DNA of 64,000 nt, taken from NCBI GenBank assembly GCA_965197475.1, contig CBDANF010000002.1, positions 1,088,001 to 1,152,000 of the forward strand. Direction: 5' to 3'. The notes below the pieces were generated by a model. The model was not told the DNA's origin. It worked only from the letters and a program-made list of their open reading frames with translations, and ran no database searches. Source of the stretch: Candidatus Poribacteria bacterium. Its GTDB lineage: Bacteria; Poribacteria; WGA-4E; WGA-3G. This document shows positions 31,301 through 41,989 of the stretch, one piece after another; position 1 is the stretch's first letter, and each line of letters starts with the position of its first letter. A program made the position numbers and the translations under genes.

Positions 31301-32653
31301 TCATGGGTTTAATTTTGGTTGGGTGTGATGAATAGCACCGATTGCTCCCAGATGTTGTGCGATTTGTTCAATAACAATAGGTTCAGGTTTTTGCGGAAGT
31401 ATTTTTAATATTTCAAGTAAATACTTCAACCCGCGGTAGCGTGCTTTAAGGTCTAAAACACTATACTCGGTATTCTCACAACGGAATATATCTGTGAGTT
31501 TCACACTCACAGATACCATAAACATTGATAAGTTTGCTGCATTGTTCACGGGTGTTTTATTGACATTCATAAAATCTTGTCCTCCCCAATACTGTTTCGC
31601 ATCCCGGAAGTTGAACTCAATTTGAAAACGAAGGGAATAATAATCCATCATTTTTTCAGCGTCTAACGCCAAATCAGAACTGAACAATAAGACGTGTGCT
31701 TGTTGTTTCGTGGTCAGGTTCGTCTTGAGAATGCAAACTACATTTAGAAGGTCTGCGAACTTTTTGTAGCGTAGCTGAGTTTGATACACTTCGGTTCTCA
31801 GATCTCCCTGTGTGTCGGCAGAGACACAGTATTTAGCGTCAATCTGTCGTGGGTTGAAACGCTCTCCGTAGATGCGTGGGTGTCCTTGTCCGGCGTAAGG
31901 TGTTGTCGGTGGAAAGGACAGCGCAGCATCTGTGCGTAGTTTTGAAATGAGGTGTAGTCCACATTGTTTTACCATTTGTAGCGCATTATTATGTCCGAAA
32001 AATCCATCAAGCACAAAATAACGGAGTGGGATCCAGTCGCCAACCATTTGTAGCAGTGCCTTGACCATTGTTTGAAGTTGTTTCAACACATCGGTAAGCA
32101 CGACATCGTTTTTGTTCCGGTTTCGGCTCCCTTTTGGGCGTCCGCGTTTGTGTTTTGGTGTGGTTGCCTCGGTGTTTTTACGATGTTCGGATGCACAAAC
32201 TCCCGGATTTGACGATGAAGTGCCACGCACGATTTGCTCCATAACCATCGGATAGGAACGCCTTTGATTGACACTCACTAAGGATACGGCTAAAAACGCT
32301 AAACCGGGGATCGCTTTTCCGGACAATGAGGAAAAGAAACGGGATAAACCATAAGTAGAGTTTCCCGATTTTGATACGACTACTTCGTCTCCTGCGAGGA
32401 TATAGTCACTTTCACGATCAAGCAGATGCGTGCGAAAAAACATCCAGCAAATAGTCGTCCAAGGCAGAACATTGTTGAAAAAGCGTTGTCCGGTGCGGTA
32501 GCTGCCTCCTTGTGATGTCCAACGCGATATATTTCGCATGGTGACCCGCCCAGTCATCGCAAGCAGTGCAAGGACAACTTGGCAAAACTGTCGGATCGGC
32601 GTTGCAGATAAATGTGGAATAAAAACATTAAACAGTGCTATAATTTCAGGCAT
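31301..32653 (-). CDS. DDE transposase (IS4-like, YREK signature)
   Basis: GDE, LDG.F, YSLRFQIEFNFRDAK. Confidence 0.92.
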   Translation of the reverse strand: MPEIIALFNVFIPHLSATPIRQFCQVVLALLAMTGRVTMRNISRWTSQGGSYRTGQRFFNNVLPWTTICWMFFRTHLLDRESDYILAGDEVVVSKSGNSTYGLSRFFSSLSGKAIPGLAFLAVSLVSVNQRRSYPMVMEQIVRGTSSSNPGVCASEHRKNTEATTPKHKRGRPKGSRNRNKNDVVLTDVLKQLQTMVKALLQMVGDWIPLRYFVLDGFFGHNNALQMVKQCGLHLISKLRTDAALSFPPTTPYAGQGHPRIYGERFNPRQIDAKYCVSADTQGDLRTEVYQTQLRYKKFADLLNVVCILKTNLTTKQQAHVLLFSSDLALDAEKMMDYYSLRFQIEFNFRDAKQYWGGQDFMNVNKTPVNNAANLSMFMVSVSVKLTDIFRCENTEYSVLDLKARYRGLKYLLEILKILPQKPEPIVIEQIAQHLGAIGAIHHTQPKLNP

Positions 32654-32705
32654 GGGTGATTGTCCTTTCTAAGTTATGTTTAACTGTTATAACTTGTAAA
32701 CTGTT

Positions 32706-32857
32706 CAGGACGGACGCATTTCCTCTTAAAGTCCCCCTGATAAGGGGGACTTAGGGGGCGGGCCCCATAGCGATAGCGTCCGGGGAGATAAAATACCAAA
32801 ATTCTGCTTATTTAACCCCCCTAACCCCCCTTATCAAGGGGGAATGCGTCCGTCCTG
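32706..32857. mobile_element. MITE family A nested in the IS end
   Basis: TIR caggacggacgca/tgcgtccgtcctg; TSD ctgtt. Confidence 0.88.
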
Positions 32858-32952
32858 CTGTTATAACTTTAGGACAAACGCCCAATTTATTCAACTATTT
32901 TTGGCGAAGGTATTGAATCATAATTAAAGAAATATACAAGGAGGTTGCAAAA

Positions 32953-34437
32953 ATGAAGGTTTTTGCATTGTTTTTGAGTGTACTAATGATAGTGGCATTT
33001 ATAGGTGGATGTGATGAAGGAATGGATATGATGAAACCAGCAATGGAAGATCATACCGCACCAAAATCACCAATGGAACCTGAAGCAAAACCGCCAGTAG
33101 ACCCAGGGATGATGGGTGGTATGAAAAAACCAGAAGAACCCACAACACCCGATCAGGATCTTGAACCACCAGCAGTAACAGAAGTCACCTATTACACCGA
33201 TCAACAGCTGACTACTGAACTGACAGGCACCGTCGAAGAAGGGACGACAATATATACCAAAATAATATTTTCTGAGCCGATGCAGTTTGTTGTCTCAGAC
33301 AACAAAAACGCACGGCCAGTAATAAGTTTTGTAATAGAAAGCAAGGCAGCCCGATTTCAAGTGAAACCACACGACACATCTGAGAAAAATTTCAAAAGCG
33401 GTGACTGCAAACCGCTTGGAAATAGCACTAACGAATTCATTTGTAAATACACAACACAAGCAGACGATGACGGTGTATTTGCTATACAAGTCGACAGTGT
33501 CAATGCGGACAAGAGTGGCAACACACTTACCACTGATTACATAAGCGATGCTACTCTGATACTTCAGCCAGCAGAGATACAGGAAATGGGAGAGCCAGAT
33601 CCTGATGATCAACCGGTACGCCCGGGTGAATCCGCTCTGTCCGAAGAGGAAGCACGGGAAAAGGCCCATGGGATTGCACGGGAACTGTATCCGCTGTACG
33701 TGGAGGCAAGAAGAACAGGAAGGCGCGAACTGTACGAAAAACGCAATACGGCATTCAAGGAAAAAACAGGGCTTGAATTCGCACCCCTCGTACGAGCACT
33801 CGGAAAAATACAGCGTCAAGAAGATCCGACAGCCAAAGAGTTCTACGCAATGGGAAAGAATTCTCCCATGCAAATGATCGCCGAGTACCTGTATCTTTTC
33901 TATCGGTACCCGGAAAAAACAGAAGCCGAACTCCTTGAACTCTTCCGCCAGGCAGCACGAAACGGAGCAACAACCGTAGACAGAGAACAAGTCAAACTTC
34001 TTTTCGAAGAACCTCCGGATCCGCTCTATGAAGAAGCAAAGCGCATATCGGAGCGTCTGTTCCATATCTACGGTGATCTATGGAAAAAAGAGCTTGAAAA
34101 CCCATCACCTGACTTCCTCACAACCGTGAGCGAAGCGTTTGTGGAGGAAACAGGCATTGCGTGGTTTACTAGCACCCTGGTATTCGACCATCTTCCGAAT
34201 TGGTACCTACTTGAACACCCAGAGGACAAAGAATACCTGAAAATTGTCAGAACTTACGGAGAACAAGCAAAAATACTTGTTACAGAATTCCTCTATGTCA
34301 TTTTCAGCCACCCGGAAGAGAATGTTCTGTGGGTACTGCTTGACCCACATTTCAGAGAACATGTGCGGAACAAGGACCTCTTTGATGAGACGAGAATACA
34401 AAATGGAGAGTACGTTGTTGAAGAAGAATATTATTGA
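32953..34437 (+). CDS. putative lipoprotein: Pro/Met-rich linker, Ig-like domain, two C-terminal helical repeats
   Basis: Lipobox-like IGGC at residue 20; PPAVTEVTY..IIFSEPM; repeated EEA...AF.E.TG...E(Y/F)LY....PE. Confidence 0.7.
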   Translation: MKVFALFLSVLMIVAFIGGCDEGMDMMKPAMEDHTAPKSPMEPEAKPPVDPGMMGGMKKPEEPTTPDQDLEPPAVTEVTYYTDQQLTTELTGTVEEGTTIYTKIIFSEPMQFVVSDNKNARPVISFVIESKAARFQVKPHDTSEKNFKSGDCKPLGNSTNEFICKYTTQADDDGVFAIQVDSVNADKSGNTLTTDYISDATLILQPAEIQEMGEPDPDDQPVRPGESALSEEEAREKAHGIARELYPLYVEARRTGRRELYEKRNTAFKEKTGLEFAPLVRALGKIQRQEDPTAKEFYAMGKNSPMQMIAEYLYLFYRYPEKTEAELLELFRQAARNGATTVDREQVKLLFEEPPDPLYEEAKRISERLFHIYGDLWKKELENPSPDFLTTVSEAFVEETGIAWFTSTLVFDHLPNWYLLEHPEDKEYLKIVRTYGEQAKILVTEFLYVIFSHPEENVLWVLLDPHFREHVRNKDLFDETRIQNGEYVVEEEYY

Positions 34438-34460
34438 CATCTCACGTACTGATCAACCAA

Positions 34461-34493
34461 AACGACCTGTGTAGTACAACACAGGTCGTTTTT
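34461..34493 (+). terminator. intrinsic terminator
   Basis: aaacgacctgtgt-agtaca-acacaggtcgttttt. Confidence 0.8.
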
Positions 34494-34743
34494 CTATACC
34501 CAACACAGCATCACTGCATTGTTACCCACAAACATGCTTTACGTACAGACATCATCTGCAGAAAATGCGAATAATACCAAATTGACGAGATTTGTCTTAT
34601 TTTTCTGGGCAGACAGCGCGTTTACATGGAGATTAAGTATTTAAATCGGTAATCCAAGGCCCGGTAGGTGCAGTTTCATGAAGTTTGCGCTACAAATGCA
34701 GATAAGGAATTTGACGGTAAACCGCACCAGTTTTCAAAATTGT

Positions 34744-34864
34744 CAGGACGGACGCATTCCCCCTTGATAAGGGGGGTTAGGGGGGTTAAATAAGCAGAAT
34801 TTTGGTATTTTAACCCCCTAACCCCCTTATCAGGGGGACTTTAAGAGAAAATGCGTAAGTCCTG
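34744..34864. mobile_element. MITE family A
   Basis: TIRs and TSD attgt. Confidence 0.88.
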
Positions 34865-35010
34865 ATTGTTATACCAAGCTCACGTTAAAACTAAATAATC
34901 CTGGGAAACTAAATTTCCGTATTGTGTGTATTCAACAATTATGCTATAATCCCACTATATCTGATAAATAATACCATTTCTAATTGACAAATTGTCATAA
35001 CATATTGTAG

Positions 35011-35369
35011 GTCGGGTTGAGCTTGCGAAACCCGACATGGCACTATAAAAAGTCGGGTTTCGCTATCGCTTCTACCTGGCCTACGAAATAATAGACATTA
35101 TAATGATTTAATCGTCCGTCCCTGATATCACTAAGACCGAAATATAGTCTAAACGCTAATGGCTTGTCCGTCGGGTAGAGTTTGCGAAACCCGACATGTT
35201 TGTTCTGAATGTCAAGTGTTCAGATGGTGGAAGTTACCGTTTTATAGATTGCGAAATCTCCTATATTATCTCTGGAACCCTGATATTGTCGGGTTGAGCT
35301 TGCGAAACCCGACATGGCACTATAAAAAGTCGGGTTTCGCTATCGCTTCTACCTGGCCTACGAAATAAT
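35011..35369. repeat. REP cluster with an 82-bp direct repeat (35011-35092, 35288-35369)
   Basis: gtcgggttgagcttgcgaaacccgac...ggcctacgaaataat is duplicated; partial unit at about 35170. Confidence 0.85.
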
Positions 35370-35370
35370 G

Positions 35371-35528
35371 TAGAGCGTATCTCATAAATCTTATGTAGGA
35401 CGAGGTCTCTGGGTTTCCTCGTCATGTCTTGAGAACGGAAACAACGGGCGGGCACAGAGACCCGCCCCTACGATGAAGTTGGATTCTCTGAAGGGAAACG
35501 TGTTTAACGATTTATGAGATAGACTGTA
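35371..35528. mobile_element. MITE-like element enclosing a REP pair
   Basis: Inverted ends tagagcgtatctcataaatc / gatttatgagatagactgta. Confidence 0.6.
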
Positions 35529-35624
35529 GTATTATCATATAGAAATGGTATAACATCTATAACAGATTATTCTAATTCCCTCTGCTAACGTGGCACTGGG
35601 GAAATATCCATAAGGAGCAAAATT

Positions 35625-36839
35625 GTGGAAAAACAGTTCAAAGTTCGTGCTGCACATTGCGATTATCGTGCAACCGAAGAAGAGATCTACCAGACTCTCC
35701 GCCGCATCACCGACCCGCTTACCCAAGCTTGGAAGCCGATAGAAGATGCCAAAAAGGTCGTTATCAAATTCAACATGATGAAACCACATGAACGCATTAT
35801 CTATTTTGAGGGACGTCGCCGCGAATTAGTTGACGATGCTGTGTGCAGTGCCTTACTGCGATTGATAAAAGAGCGGACGACAGCGCAACTCATCGCTACA
35901 GATACAAACCCATATACTCACGGACATCGGATGCCGCCCGGTTTCAACTACGAACACCATCTCAAGGAATTCGATGTGCAATTTGTCGATTCAAACCTAC
36001 CGCCGTTTAAAGTCTACGATGTTCCGGGAGGTGGTTCTATGTTTGACCGATATACGTTGAGTGCATGTTTTGACGATGCAGATGCGGTCATTTCCGTAGC
36101 AAAGATGAAAAATCACGCCTTTATGGGCATCACTTTATGCACTAAGAATCTCTTCGGTTTGCCACCGATGCTGCTCCCTGAAGGTAGAACGCGAAGTTAC
36201 TATCACCACCTTATCCGTCTATCCTACGTCCTACCAGACCTTGCCCTGATTACAAAGCCGTGTCTCAATATTATCGATGCGCTGACAGGACAGTGGGGAC
36301 GCGAGTGGGGTGGTGAAGGCAGAATCTGCAACGCACTTATTGCAGGTGATCATCCAATTTCTACAGACACCGTCGGCATGCACTTGATGGGACATGACCC
36401 TGCATCCGATTGGCCCACGCCCCCCTTCAAACGCGATCGAAACCATATTCTCATCGCTGCACAACGCGGATACGGCACTGTTGACTTAAACGAGATCGAT
36501 TGGGAAAGCGAGGTTAAAGCACCTCTGGCGGAATTCGATTCGGTGGAAACGGATACCCTAGAAACGGTCGCCAATTGGCGGCGCACGACATGTGAACAAG
36601 GGTTAGTTTATCTCGAAAACCAGAAAGACATGATTGACCGATATCGCGGAAATTTCGTCTACCTGCAGGGTGGTGAAGTTGTATGGAGCGGTCCAGATCC
36701 TTCAAATCTGGGAAGTCGCCGTCAACTCAGTGGAGATAAGAAGGACAGCGCGCTCTGGCTCAAACTTGTTGACGCAGAGGAACACGAAGCGGAACGGTTT
36801 AATGTCTATGAGGAGTGCCTAAAAGCCTTTGCAGCGTAA
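35625..36839 (+). CDS. DUF362 domain protein
   Basis: VVIKFN, ISVAKMKNH....TL..KNLFG, IIDAL.G. Confidence 0.85.
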   Translation: MEKQFKVRAAHCDYRATEEEIYQTLRRITDPLTQAWKPIEDAKKVVIKFNMMKPHERIIYFEGRRRELVDDAVCSALLRLIKERTTAQLIATDTNPYTHGHRMPPGFNYEHHLKEFDVQFVDSNLPPFKVYDVPGGGSMFDRYTLSACFDDADAVISVAKMKNHAFMGITLCTKNLFGLPPMLLPEGRTRSYYHHLIRLSYVLPDLALITKPCLNIIDALTGQWGREWGGEGRICNALIAGDHPISTDTVGMHLMGHDPASDWPTPPFKRDRNHILIAAQRGYGTVDLNEIDWESEVKAPLAEFDSVETDTLETVANWRRTTCEQGLVYLENQKDMIDRYRGNFVYLQGGEVVWSGPDPSNLGSRRQLSGDKKDSALWLKLVDAEEHEAERFNVYEECLKAFAA

Positions 36840-36907
36840 AATATAGAATTGCCACAGCAAATATGTTATACTGACATTGTAAACTGAGAGAAGTCTTATA
36901 GGAACTT

Positions 36908-37028
36908 CAGGACTTACGCAATGTGTTTAAAAGTCCCCTTGATAAGGGGGATTTAGGGGGTTAAAAGCACAAATTCTGCCTATTTAACCCCCCTAACCCC
37001 CTTATCAAGGGGGAATGCGTAAGTCCTG
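36908..37028. mobile_element. MITE family A
   Basis: TIR caggacttacgca; 6-bp flanking duplication gaactt. Confidence 0.88.
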
Positions 37029-37039
37029 GAACTTATTAA

Positions 37040-37513
37040 ATGGTGAAAGATAAAGAGGAGAAAACTGACATAGACCAAGAACAGGAGATTGTGCAGATTC
37101 TTGGTATTAGGCGAAAATGGTTAGACGTAGCATTAAAAATCTATTCCGTTATCTTTTGTGCTTATTCTTTTTTTGTTATTCGCGAAGGGTTTAGCATCGG
37201 AAAACCGATAATGGAGGCATCAGAGGCTATCGTTGTCCATCTCGCCGCTTTTAGTGTCGTTGAAACAATGGGCCTCATTGTACTATTTCAAGGAGCAGAT
37301 TTTCTCATGTATTTAACAGAAATATTTAGAGCGAAACTTCAAAGAAAGGTTGAAAAAGCCAGGATTGAAGGCAAAGCTGAAGGTAAAGATGAAGGCAAAG
37401 CTGAAGTCTACAAGGCAGTAGATGCCTGGAATAAGCGGCGGTTGGAAGCCGAAGCAAAGGGACTCCCTTTTGATGAACCACCTCCGACAAATTCACAAGA
37501 AGAATCTGAATAA
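37040..37513 (+). CDS. hypothetical membrane protein with EGKAEG repeats
   Basis: 2 TM helices; EGKAEGKDEGKAE...WNKRRLEAEAKGLPFDEPPP tail. Confidence 0.65.
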   Translation: MVKDKEEKTDIDQEQEIVQILGIRRKWLDVALKIYSVIFCAYSFFVIREGFSIGKPIMEASEAIVVHLAAFSVVETMGLIVLFQGADFLMYLTEIFRAKLQRKVEKARIEGKAEGKDEGKAEVYKAVDAWNKRRLEAEAKGLPFDEPPPTNSQEESE

Positions 37514-37570
37514 CAGCATCGGAATTTAGTTGTGCCTTTTCGCATTTTATATTGACATAGGAAAATTCAG

Positions 37571-38311
37571 ATGGGTATCACCGAGGTACAAAAGAAGCAA
37601 TTAGATGAGTAAGGATGCATCGTCATTCCGGATGTGCTTTCCGACGAAGAAATCAAGATGTATAAAACCGATATTCTTCGGTTAGCCGAGCAGGAAAAAC
37701 AGGACGGTTCGGCACTTCGCCACACAAACGGATACGGTCAACATGTGCGTTGGTTGATGAATAAGGGCAAGATTTATGAGCGGCTCGTCGCACATCCCAA
37801 GGTGATGCCTTTCTTTGAACATCTACTTGGTGCAGATTACACACTAAGCACCCTCACCTCTAACATCATTGATCCGGGTGCTCCCGATGGTGGGTATCAC
37901 GTTGACAGCGTTTTAGGTGGAATGCTGGAACCGCTGCCCAGCTTTCCGTTAGTCGCCAACAGTCTCTGGCTACTTGACGATTTTACACCAGAAAACGGCG
38001 GCACGCGCCATGTACCGGGTATTCACCTTCAACAGATAAAACCGCCCCCAGGCACCACACATCACCCTGATGAAGTGCGTCTCTCTGCACCAAAAGGCTC
38101 CGTATTTCTGTTCAACGGCGCAGTCTGGCATTCAGCAGGTGCTAACCAAACCGATCAACAGCGTATCGCCCTCATCTGTTTCTGTTGTCGCTCTTTTGTA
38201 AAACCGATGTTTGACTTTGTGCATTACCTTGAACCAGATGTAGTTGAACGCGCTACACCAACAATGCGTAGAATTTATGGATTTGATTCTCAACCGAGAC
38301 CGCCAGATTAA
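37571..38311 (+). pseudogene. PhyH family dioxygenase with an in-frame TAA near the N-terminus
   Basis: MGITEVQKKQLDE*GCIVIPDVLS; TAA at 37610-37612; HVD and H..G.N motifs downstream. Confidence 0.75.
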
Positions 38312-38431
38312 CCTTAGCACTAATTGTAGTTGTATATCAACTATTTAAAAGTTCCTTGACTTATTCTGCTTTCCATGTAATAATTAACTGTTAAAAATAT
38401 ATTTATAATTGAAAGTTCCGTTAGAATCAAT

Positions 38432-38572
38432 TAGGGTCATTTAGTTTAGGTTTTCAGAATGCCACATTAGGACTTAGCGCGCTATAATTCGCGTATATCG
38501 GGGTTACAAACCCCTCCCACAAGAATAATTCACGCTGAATTTCAAGAAACCGCGGAAAACTAAATAGCCCTG
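38432..38572. mobile_element. MITE (different family) with a 9-bp TSD
   Basis: Ends tagggtcatttagttt / aaactaaatagccctg flanked by agaatcaat on both sides; internal REP hairpin. Confidence 0.8.
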
Positions 38573-38714
38573 AGAATCAATCTAGAGACTTAAAATATTT
38601 TACAACCTTTGGTATTCTTTTATATTTGTTACGTAATAAAAAGACGGTAATTGCCCAGTAATTCTTTATCATACGCCTTTGAATCAGATTGACCTGACAC
38701 GGAGGACACTCAGC

Positions 38715-38993
38715 ATGGCAAATACAATTCCCAGTGACCAAGTGCTCCTGACTATACCCATGCGCCGAGTTGTGGAACTTGCAGCCGCTCAATTAGCTTC
38801 TGTCATCGCTGAATCAATGAGTTTTAGTGACAAGCAGATTGAAGATATACAATCGGCGATGCTTGAATTCTGCATTAACGCCTTTGAGCATAGCAAAAGC
38901 CCGAATCAGAAGGCATTCATTGAGTTCATCATAAGGATAAACGAATTGAAATTCAAAATTACAGACCAGGGAATTGACATCATACGCATATAA
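38715..38993 (+). pseudogene. truncated duplicate of the anti-sigma factor kinase (RsbW-like)
   Basis: Matches the 39028 gene up to ITDQG, then ends; own GGAGG RBS. Confidence 0.78.
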
Positions 38994-39027
38994 ATCGGAT
39001 TGTTCTAAACAAGGAGGATAACGCAAC

Positions 39028-39462
39028 GTGGCAAATCAAATTTCCAATGACCAAGTGCTCCTGACTATACCGATGCGCCCAGATATGGAACTTGTAGCCG
39101 CTAAATCCGCTTCTGTTATCGCTGAATCAATGAGTTTTAGCGAACAGCAGATTGAAGAAATTCAAATGGCTACAATTGAATCCTGTATTAACGCATTTGA
39201 GCATAGCAACAGTGCAGATCAAAAGGTATTTATTGAGTTTATTATGAGAGCACATGAATTGGAATTCAAAATTACAGACCAGGGAGTCGGCTTTGCCCCT
39301 GAAAACCGACCAAAACGTAGAAATAGTCAACCAGATTTGCATTCAGACATGCGGAAGCGCGGATGGGGGTTAGAAATTATACATGCTCTCATGGATAGTG
39401 TACACATTATGAGCGGAGAAGACGGAACAACAATCACCATGGTTAAGTGTAAGACTGCGTAA
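39028..39462 (+). CDS. anti-sigma factor Ser/Thr kinase (RsbW/SpoIIAB-like)
   Basis: E..INAFEH, DQGVGF, RGWGL.II..LMD, GT.I.M. Confidence 0.92.
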   Translation: MANQISNDQVLLTIPMRPDMELVAAKSASVIAESMSFSEQQIEEIQMATIESCINAFEHSNSADQKVFIEFIMRAHELEFKITDQGVGFAPENRPKRRNSQPDLHSDMRKRGWGLEIIHALMDSVHIMSGEDGTTITMVKCKTA

Positions 39463-39502
39463 ACATCTGCATAGACTGCTTTGATTTTCAAGGAGGAAAA
39501 GT

Positions 39503-39847
39503 TTGGCAAATAAATTTGATATTCAGATTCGTGCTGAGCAGCAGTACGCCGTACTAGAAACAGCAGGATACCTAAATGACGCGCTCGGAGAAGACCTGTC
39601 AAAGAGAGCGCAAGAACTCATTGAGAAAGGATATACCCAACTGGTAATCAATTTGGATAAAACAGCATTGATTAACAGCATCGGCATCTCCATTCTGATA
39701 GAAATTATTGAGGCACTTGAGGAACGGAACGGAACGTTGAATTTCTGCGGGTTGTCCGCAACACAGGAACGTACTTTTCGTATGATGGCAATCGCAAAAT
39801 ACGCAGGAATCTTTCCTGATGAAAAGACAGCTATCGCGAATTTTTAG
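39503..39847 (+). CDS. STAS anti-anti-sigma factor (RsbV/SpoIIAA-like)
   Basis: INL.....INSIGISIL phosphoacceptor motif. Confidence 0.9.
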   Translation: MANKFDIQIRAEQQYAVLETAGYLNDALGEDLSKRAQELIEKGYTQLVINLDKTALINSIGISILIEIIEALEERNGTLNFCGLSATQERTFRMMAIAKYAGIFPDEKTAIANF

Positions 39848-39953
39848 CGAACACTCAACTAAACATACTAACTGATATACCTGGACCGTCAAAACCACCG
39901 TTCTTTACCAAAACGGGTTGACAGGATTGAATGCCTACCGAAAGTATAAAGAC

Positions 39954-40075
39954 CAGGACTTACGCATTCCCCTTGATAAGGGGGATTAGGGGGGTTAAAT
40001 AGGCAGAATTTAGTGCTTTTAACCCCCCTAATCCCCCTTATCAAGGGGACTTTTAAACACATTGCGTAAGTCCTG
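39954..40075. mobile_element. MITE family A
   Basis: TIRs and TSD aagac; lies inside the rsb-like operon. Confidence 0.88.
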
Positions 40076-40096
40076 AAGACAAAGGAACAATCCGAC

Positions 40097-41977
40097 ATGC
40101 ACCTAAGTTCAGCAGAAGAAACTATACAAAGGTTAATATTCAGCTTATCCGAACTGGAGCAATTAGGTCGGACGCTTATCTCTGGACACAGCAACTTTAA
40201 TGTTTCAAGTAAAACCTATCTTCGAATTGCGCTCGGCACCCTTCAGGTAACTCGAGGTGCTATTCTCTGTTACCATCCTACAGATAATTACCTGACCGTT
40301 GCTGCCTCAACTCCTGAGGTAGAAGCCCCACCAATTGATATTGAACCAGACGAAGTTGATAGTTTACTACAGTGTGCGTTTGTTGAGTTAAACGCTCCGC
40401 CAACAAACCTAAAAGATTTCATTGATCGAAACGTTGAATTACTGAATGGCAATGTGGAGCATCGTCTGTGGGTCCCCTTAAAAATCCATGACGAATTTCT
40501 TGGAATCCTGAGTTTAGGAAAATTTTTAGGACGTGCTAAGTTAGAAGCATGGGAACAGGAGCTTCTCACCATTCTTGCACACCAAATTTCAATCGCAATC
40601 GCATATTCCAGGAATGTTGAAGAGATACAAAATGAAAAATTTCGGTTGTTTATGTTGGCTGAAAGTGCACCGCAAATATGCCAATTATTGAAACCAGAAG
40701 ATGCCGCGGAGCAGGTAGTCAATCAAGCTGTGGCACTCCTTGATGCAAATGTCGGCGGACTCATGTTAATGCACCCACAGCAAAAACTGCAATTAGAATA
40801 TGCTTACCCTCCCGAAGTTCTGATTTCAGAAAACGAAGACCAAGACGGAAAAAGTTCTTTCTCTATTTCGTTAGAAGATGTAGAAGCGAGTGCACCGGAA
40901 GCAAATGAGGCAACAGCATTAGACATGTTAGTTGGTGTTGTCAGACAAGGCAGGACAGACCGCCGCTCCGCTAAAACACATACCTTTCTCGGTGCAAGAA
41001 ACTTGATGGCGGGTCCGATACAGGGACGCGACGGTGATATTTTAGGCGTGCTCATTGTGGGGGACAAAGAAGAACGCGGTGGAAGAATCGCTAAGTTTAC
41101 TGATGAAGATGAAATCCTCCTTGATTCTTTTGCTAAACAAGCAGGTGTGGCAATTGAAAACGCGCGTCTACATCAAGAGGCACTTGAAGCACGCCAATTA
41201 CAAGCGGAAATGGAGGAAGCTCGGAAAATCCAAGAAAACCTGATACCTGATACACTTCCTGACATACCGGGATATGAAGTTGCTGGACATTACGAACCGC
41301 GCGGTCCCGTCGGTGGCGATTACTTCGACTGTATTGAACTACCTACTGGTGGATGGGGGCTTGCTATTGCTGATGTCTCAGGCAAAGGGATGCAAGCAGC
41401 CCTTTTGATGGCAACACTTCGGGCAGGACTCCTCTCAGAACTATCAAGATCAAGAGTTCATGAAGACGAATCCATAGATATGAAGAATGAACTCATTGAC
41501 ATGGCAATGACACTGAATTCGCTACTTTACGTCAGTGGAACGGAGGAAAAATATGCTACGTTCTTCTATAGCCATCTTAATCCAGAAACAGACGTAATGA
41601 CATCACTGAATGGCGGACACAATCCACCATTGATCGTAAAAAACGATGGAAACATCGTGTGGCTTGGGGAAGAGGTCGGTGGACTGCCGCTCGGAATGTT
41701 TCCGAATGATATGGTGCCACTGATCGCAAAATATGAGGCTGAACAGGTAAAACTCGAAAGTGGCGATCTTATCATCTTCTATACCGACGGTGTTACCGAA
41801 ACCGTCAACGTTGCGGATGAGTATTATGATGAAGAACGTCTTGAACAGGTCGCGAAAACATGCCACGATGGTGATGCCTCGCATATATGTAACATTATCT
41901 ATCGGGCGGTAATGGACTTTCAGGGAGACGCGGATCAATTTGACGATTTAACCCTGCTTGTCCTGCGCAAGAAATAG
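40097..41977 (+). CDS. GAF-GAF-PP2C (RsbU/SpoIIE-like) phosphatase
   Basis: GGDYFD, ADVSGKG, NGGHNPP, YTDGVTE, DDLTL. Confidence 0.93.
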   Translation: MHLSSAEETIQRLIFSLSELEQLGRTLISGHSNFNVSSKTYLRIALGTLQVTRGAILCYHPTDNYLTVAASTPEVEAPPIDIEPDEVDSLLQCAFVELNAPPTNLKDFIDRNVELLNGNVEHRLWVPLKIHDEFLGILSLGKFLGRAKLEAWEQELLTILAHQISIAIAYSRNVEEIQNEKFRLFMLAESAPQICQLLKPEDAAEQVVNQAVALLDANVGGLMLMHPQQKLQLEYAYPPEVLISENEDQDGKSSFSISLEDVEASAPEANEATALDMLVGVVRQGRTDRRSAKTHTFLGARNLMAGPIQGRDGDILGVLIVGDKEERGGRIAKFTDEDEILLDSFAKQAGVAIENARLHQEALEARQLQAEMEEARKIQENLIPDTLPDIPGYEVAGHYEPRGPVGGDYFDCIELPTGGWGLAIADVSGKGMQAALLMATLRAGLLSELSRSRVHEDESIDMKNELIDMAMTLNSLLYVSGTEEKYATFFYSHLNPETDVMTSLNGGHNPPLIVKNDGNIVWLGEEVGGLPLGMFPNDMVPLIAKYEAEQVKLESGDLIIFYTDGVTETVNVADEYYDEERLEQVAKTCHDGDASHICNIIYRAVMDFQGDADQFDDLTLLVLRKK

Positions 41978-41989
41978 GAAGCCAAAACT

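Larger units (their letters stand above)
31283..32915 (-). mobile_element. IS4-type insertion sequence
   Basis: 15-bp TIR caataccttcgccaa at both ends; 6-bp TSD aatcat (31277-31282, 32916-32921). Confidence 0.9.

Noticed and set aside
33295-34065. 256-aa antisense ORF
   Set aside because: F/C-rich mirror of the E/K-rich lipoprotein.
35007-35369. Possible CRISPR or integron attC array
   Set aside because: Only two full units of GTAG-ended palindromes; no cassettes, integrase or regular spacing.
39889-40194. ORFs containing NPPYQG (also 60446-60676)
   Set aside because: Translations of the MITE palindrome.
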